Below are positions 62,703 through 64,000 of a DNA stretch of 64,000 bases, in pieces. The translations under genes and the position numbers were made by a program. The notes beneath the pieces were generated by a model that saw only the letters and a list, made by a program, of their open reading frames with translations, was not told the DNA's origin and made no database searches. The DNA is taken from positions 182,156,001 through 182,220,000 of the forward strand of contig OZ024741.1 in the NCBI GenBank assembly GCA_964016885.1, in the 5' to 3' direction. Source of the DNA: Eledone cirrhosa. Taxonomy: Eukaryota. Positions within the stretch are counted from its first letter, which is position 1. Every line of letters begins with the position of its first letter.

Positions 62703-62784
62703 AAGTAAGAAGCGCGGGACTGCGTAGGGTTTATAATTTTTTATCCCCTTAGTAAAATAAGTTGGATTACTTTGAATAAATAAT

Positions 62785-62896
62785 TGTTTCTACTTTTGGC
62801 AAAGGCCAGCAATTATCCAAGTGTATTACTGGTACTTTATTTTATCGACCCCGTAAGGATGAAAGGCAAAGTTAACCTCGGCAGGATTTGAGGTTA
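62785..62896 (-). mobile_element. 5'-truncated S2 SINE with a 16-bp TSD
   Basis: actttgaataaataat at 62769-62784 and 62897-62912, plus a short terminal inversion. Confidence 0.75.
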
Positions 62897-63492
62897 ACTT
62901 TGAATAAATAATGAATGAATATTACATAATTTATCTACTAAATTTCGTGGCTGTTCATTAAATATATTCTATTACTTATTTAAAGATTCACTTCTTTAAC
63001 ATTTTCAAATGTCAACACTTCCGGTTAGTGATCGTTTAAATAAATATTCATATATTTCCGTCACTAATTTTTTCCGAATGCAGTTTATATATAATACCAT
63101 CTTTTTTTAATGTATCATGGATTACGTTACTGATTACATAAGACAGTGTAACACAGTTTTCATTCAATTTCTGTGTATATTGTCAATTACGATTTTATTT
63201 GATGTATCATATCTACATGCATATATACTTGCGTATAATATCAATATACACACTAGGGTTTTTCAGCTAGTATATATAATGTATGGTGTATGTGTGTGTG
63301 TTAAGAGAGAGAGAATAGAAAAAATAGAAAATGACACGAGTGTTATATACATCACGTCGATTCTAATTGAAAAATGTTTAAAATAGCAAGTAACTGAATT
63401 TGAAAAAAAAAAAAATGAATTGTAGAATGCAGCTTTGAAAAATAGCGTAATCCACTTCATTTATCTAGATCTGGTGAGACTGATCGAAGCAA

Positions 63493-63680
63493 TAATTGTT
63501 TCTACTATTGGCACAAGGCCAGCAAATTACTCAGTACATTACTGGTACTTTATTTTATCGACCCCGTAAGGATGAAAGGCAAAGTTAACCTCGGCGGGAT
63601 TTGAACTCAGAATGGCAAGGGCCGTAACTCTATGCGTCAAAGCATGGCATCCGACCCTCTACCGATACTGCCAATCCACC
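63493..63680 (-). mobile_element. S2 SINE, full length
   Basis: Reverse-complement S2 with A and B boxes. Confidence 0.8.
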
Positions 63681-63890
63681 GTTCCAAGCAATAATGAGTT
63701 TGCGGATCACTGCTTTGTTGTTTGTGAGACTAGTGGCGTCACTGGGGAATTCGAGGATGCGTGGGGTGAGGTTCGTACCGAGTGACACTATATGAAATTG
63801 TGACATATAAAACATTACAATGGATTCTGTAGGGTCTGGTATTAGAGGAAATCCATGGAAGGGTATTAGAGAGACATGTTCATTAAAAGC

Positions 63891-63945
63891 AACGTGTACA
63901 ACGTGTACAACGTGTACAACGTGTACAACGTGTACAACGTGTACA
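63891..63945. repeat. 9-bp tandem repeat x6
   Basis: aacgtgtac repeated. Confidence 0.9.
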
Positions 63946-64000
63946 TACGTTTACATATACGCATACATTGACTCACGCATTTATAAATCCCTTGAACTGT

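Overview
AT-rich, microsatellite-saturated eukaryotic DNA. I could not support any host protein-coding exon. The tRNA-headed SINE families resemble those of coleoid cephalopods, so Octopus is my inference. The window is almost entirely transposon-derived. It holds Penelope-like element (PLE) GIY-YIG remnants, CRE, Tx1/L1, RTE and R4-type LINE fragments, three SINE families, a Helitron nested in a Tc1/pogo-type MITE, hAT MITEs and a 5-kb CTA/CCA minisatellite. The main signal is a diverse set of short, mostly non-coding elements inserted in (TA)n tracts. Many carry a copy-specific 5' fold-back arm that ends at an internal TA/TAT microhomology. Many carry a minimal type-I hammerhead ribozyme (HHR; about 14 intact or degenerate motifs), often with a helix II expanded to 36-115 nt, and a shared TCGAG-like tail motif. 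Three such elements form a nested 5.2-kb palindrome (6091-11246). Two diverged ~300-bp HHR elements with covarying hairpins and an ATGCAAAT octamer (55.4 kb and 60.3 kb) look like a retrozyme-type family. All structures were paired by eye; nothing was folded or searched computationally.
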